Below are positions 63,706-64,000 of a stretch of 64,000 nt of DNA, piece after piece (position 1 is the stretch's first letter; each line of letters starts with the position of its first letter). This stretch comes from Chrysomallon squamiferum. Lineage: Eukaryota; Animalia; Mollusca. The position numbers were made by a program, and so were the translations under genes. The DNA is taken from positions 25,730,001 through 25,794,000 of the forward strand of contig CM022679.1 of NCBI GenBank assembly GCA_012295275.1, in the 5' to 3' direction. Under the pieces are notes generated by a model. It did no database searches. It worked only from the letters and a program-made list of their open reading frames with translations, and was not told the DNA's origin.

Positions 63706-64000
63706 TAAATATATATATATATAACATGAAAAAGTTTAAACTAACACTCGTTTGTGAAACCAACGAATTTTTCCTTCTCATGATGTTGTTCGAAATTGCG
63801 AATATTTATTTATTTATTTATTATTTATTATTTATTATTTTAAATAATATCTTTTCATAAATATCTTTAGAGAAAGATTTCACAATATATTTTATGTTTG
63901 CATTATGGCTTAGTTGTTGTTGGGTTTTTTTTATTTTTTATTTTTTATTTTTTTTTTAGAATATCTTTCACAAACTTTGTAAGTTATTTATTTTGCCTGT

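Overview
AT-rich, intron-containing animal genomic DNA with a 200-N scaffold gap at 11331-11530. Microsatellite content and mosaic CpG depletion suggest a mollusc-like, possibly cephalopod, genome (inference). The main feature is an apparently intact 24-exon TRPM-family cation channel gene on the + strand (about 11656-27866, about 1210 aa; all splice phases agree by my count; exon 1 is tentative). It has a SLOG/MHR N-terminus, S1-S6, a YGE filter and a TRP box, but no C-terminal NUDT9-H or kinase domain. Its coiled coil is built from a 21-bp (one heptad) tandem repeat. In three TRPM introns the 3' splice site plus the first codons of the next exon are tandemly amplified upstream, giving decoy acceptors and in-frame candidate micro-exons. 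Converging on it from the - strand is a damaged effector-type caspase gene fragment (frameshifts, SHG>SHR, no QACRG or p10 exon found), preceded by unidentified decayed exons, two of which are duplicated about 4.3 kb away. The central block is bracketed by an inverted duplication of at least 11 kb (1-11330 vs 43360-58919) that ends at the gap and may be an assembly artefact. It belongs to an older array of diverged multi-kb non-coding units running to the window end. Several Tc1/mariner/pogo MITEs, a CGGBP1-like hAT remnant and mini/microsatellites are present. No RNA genes or CRISPR arrays were seen.
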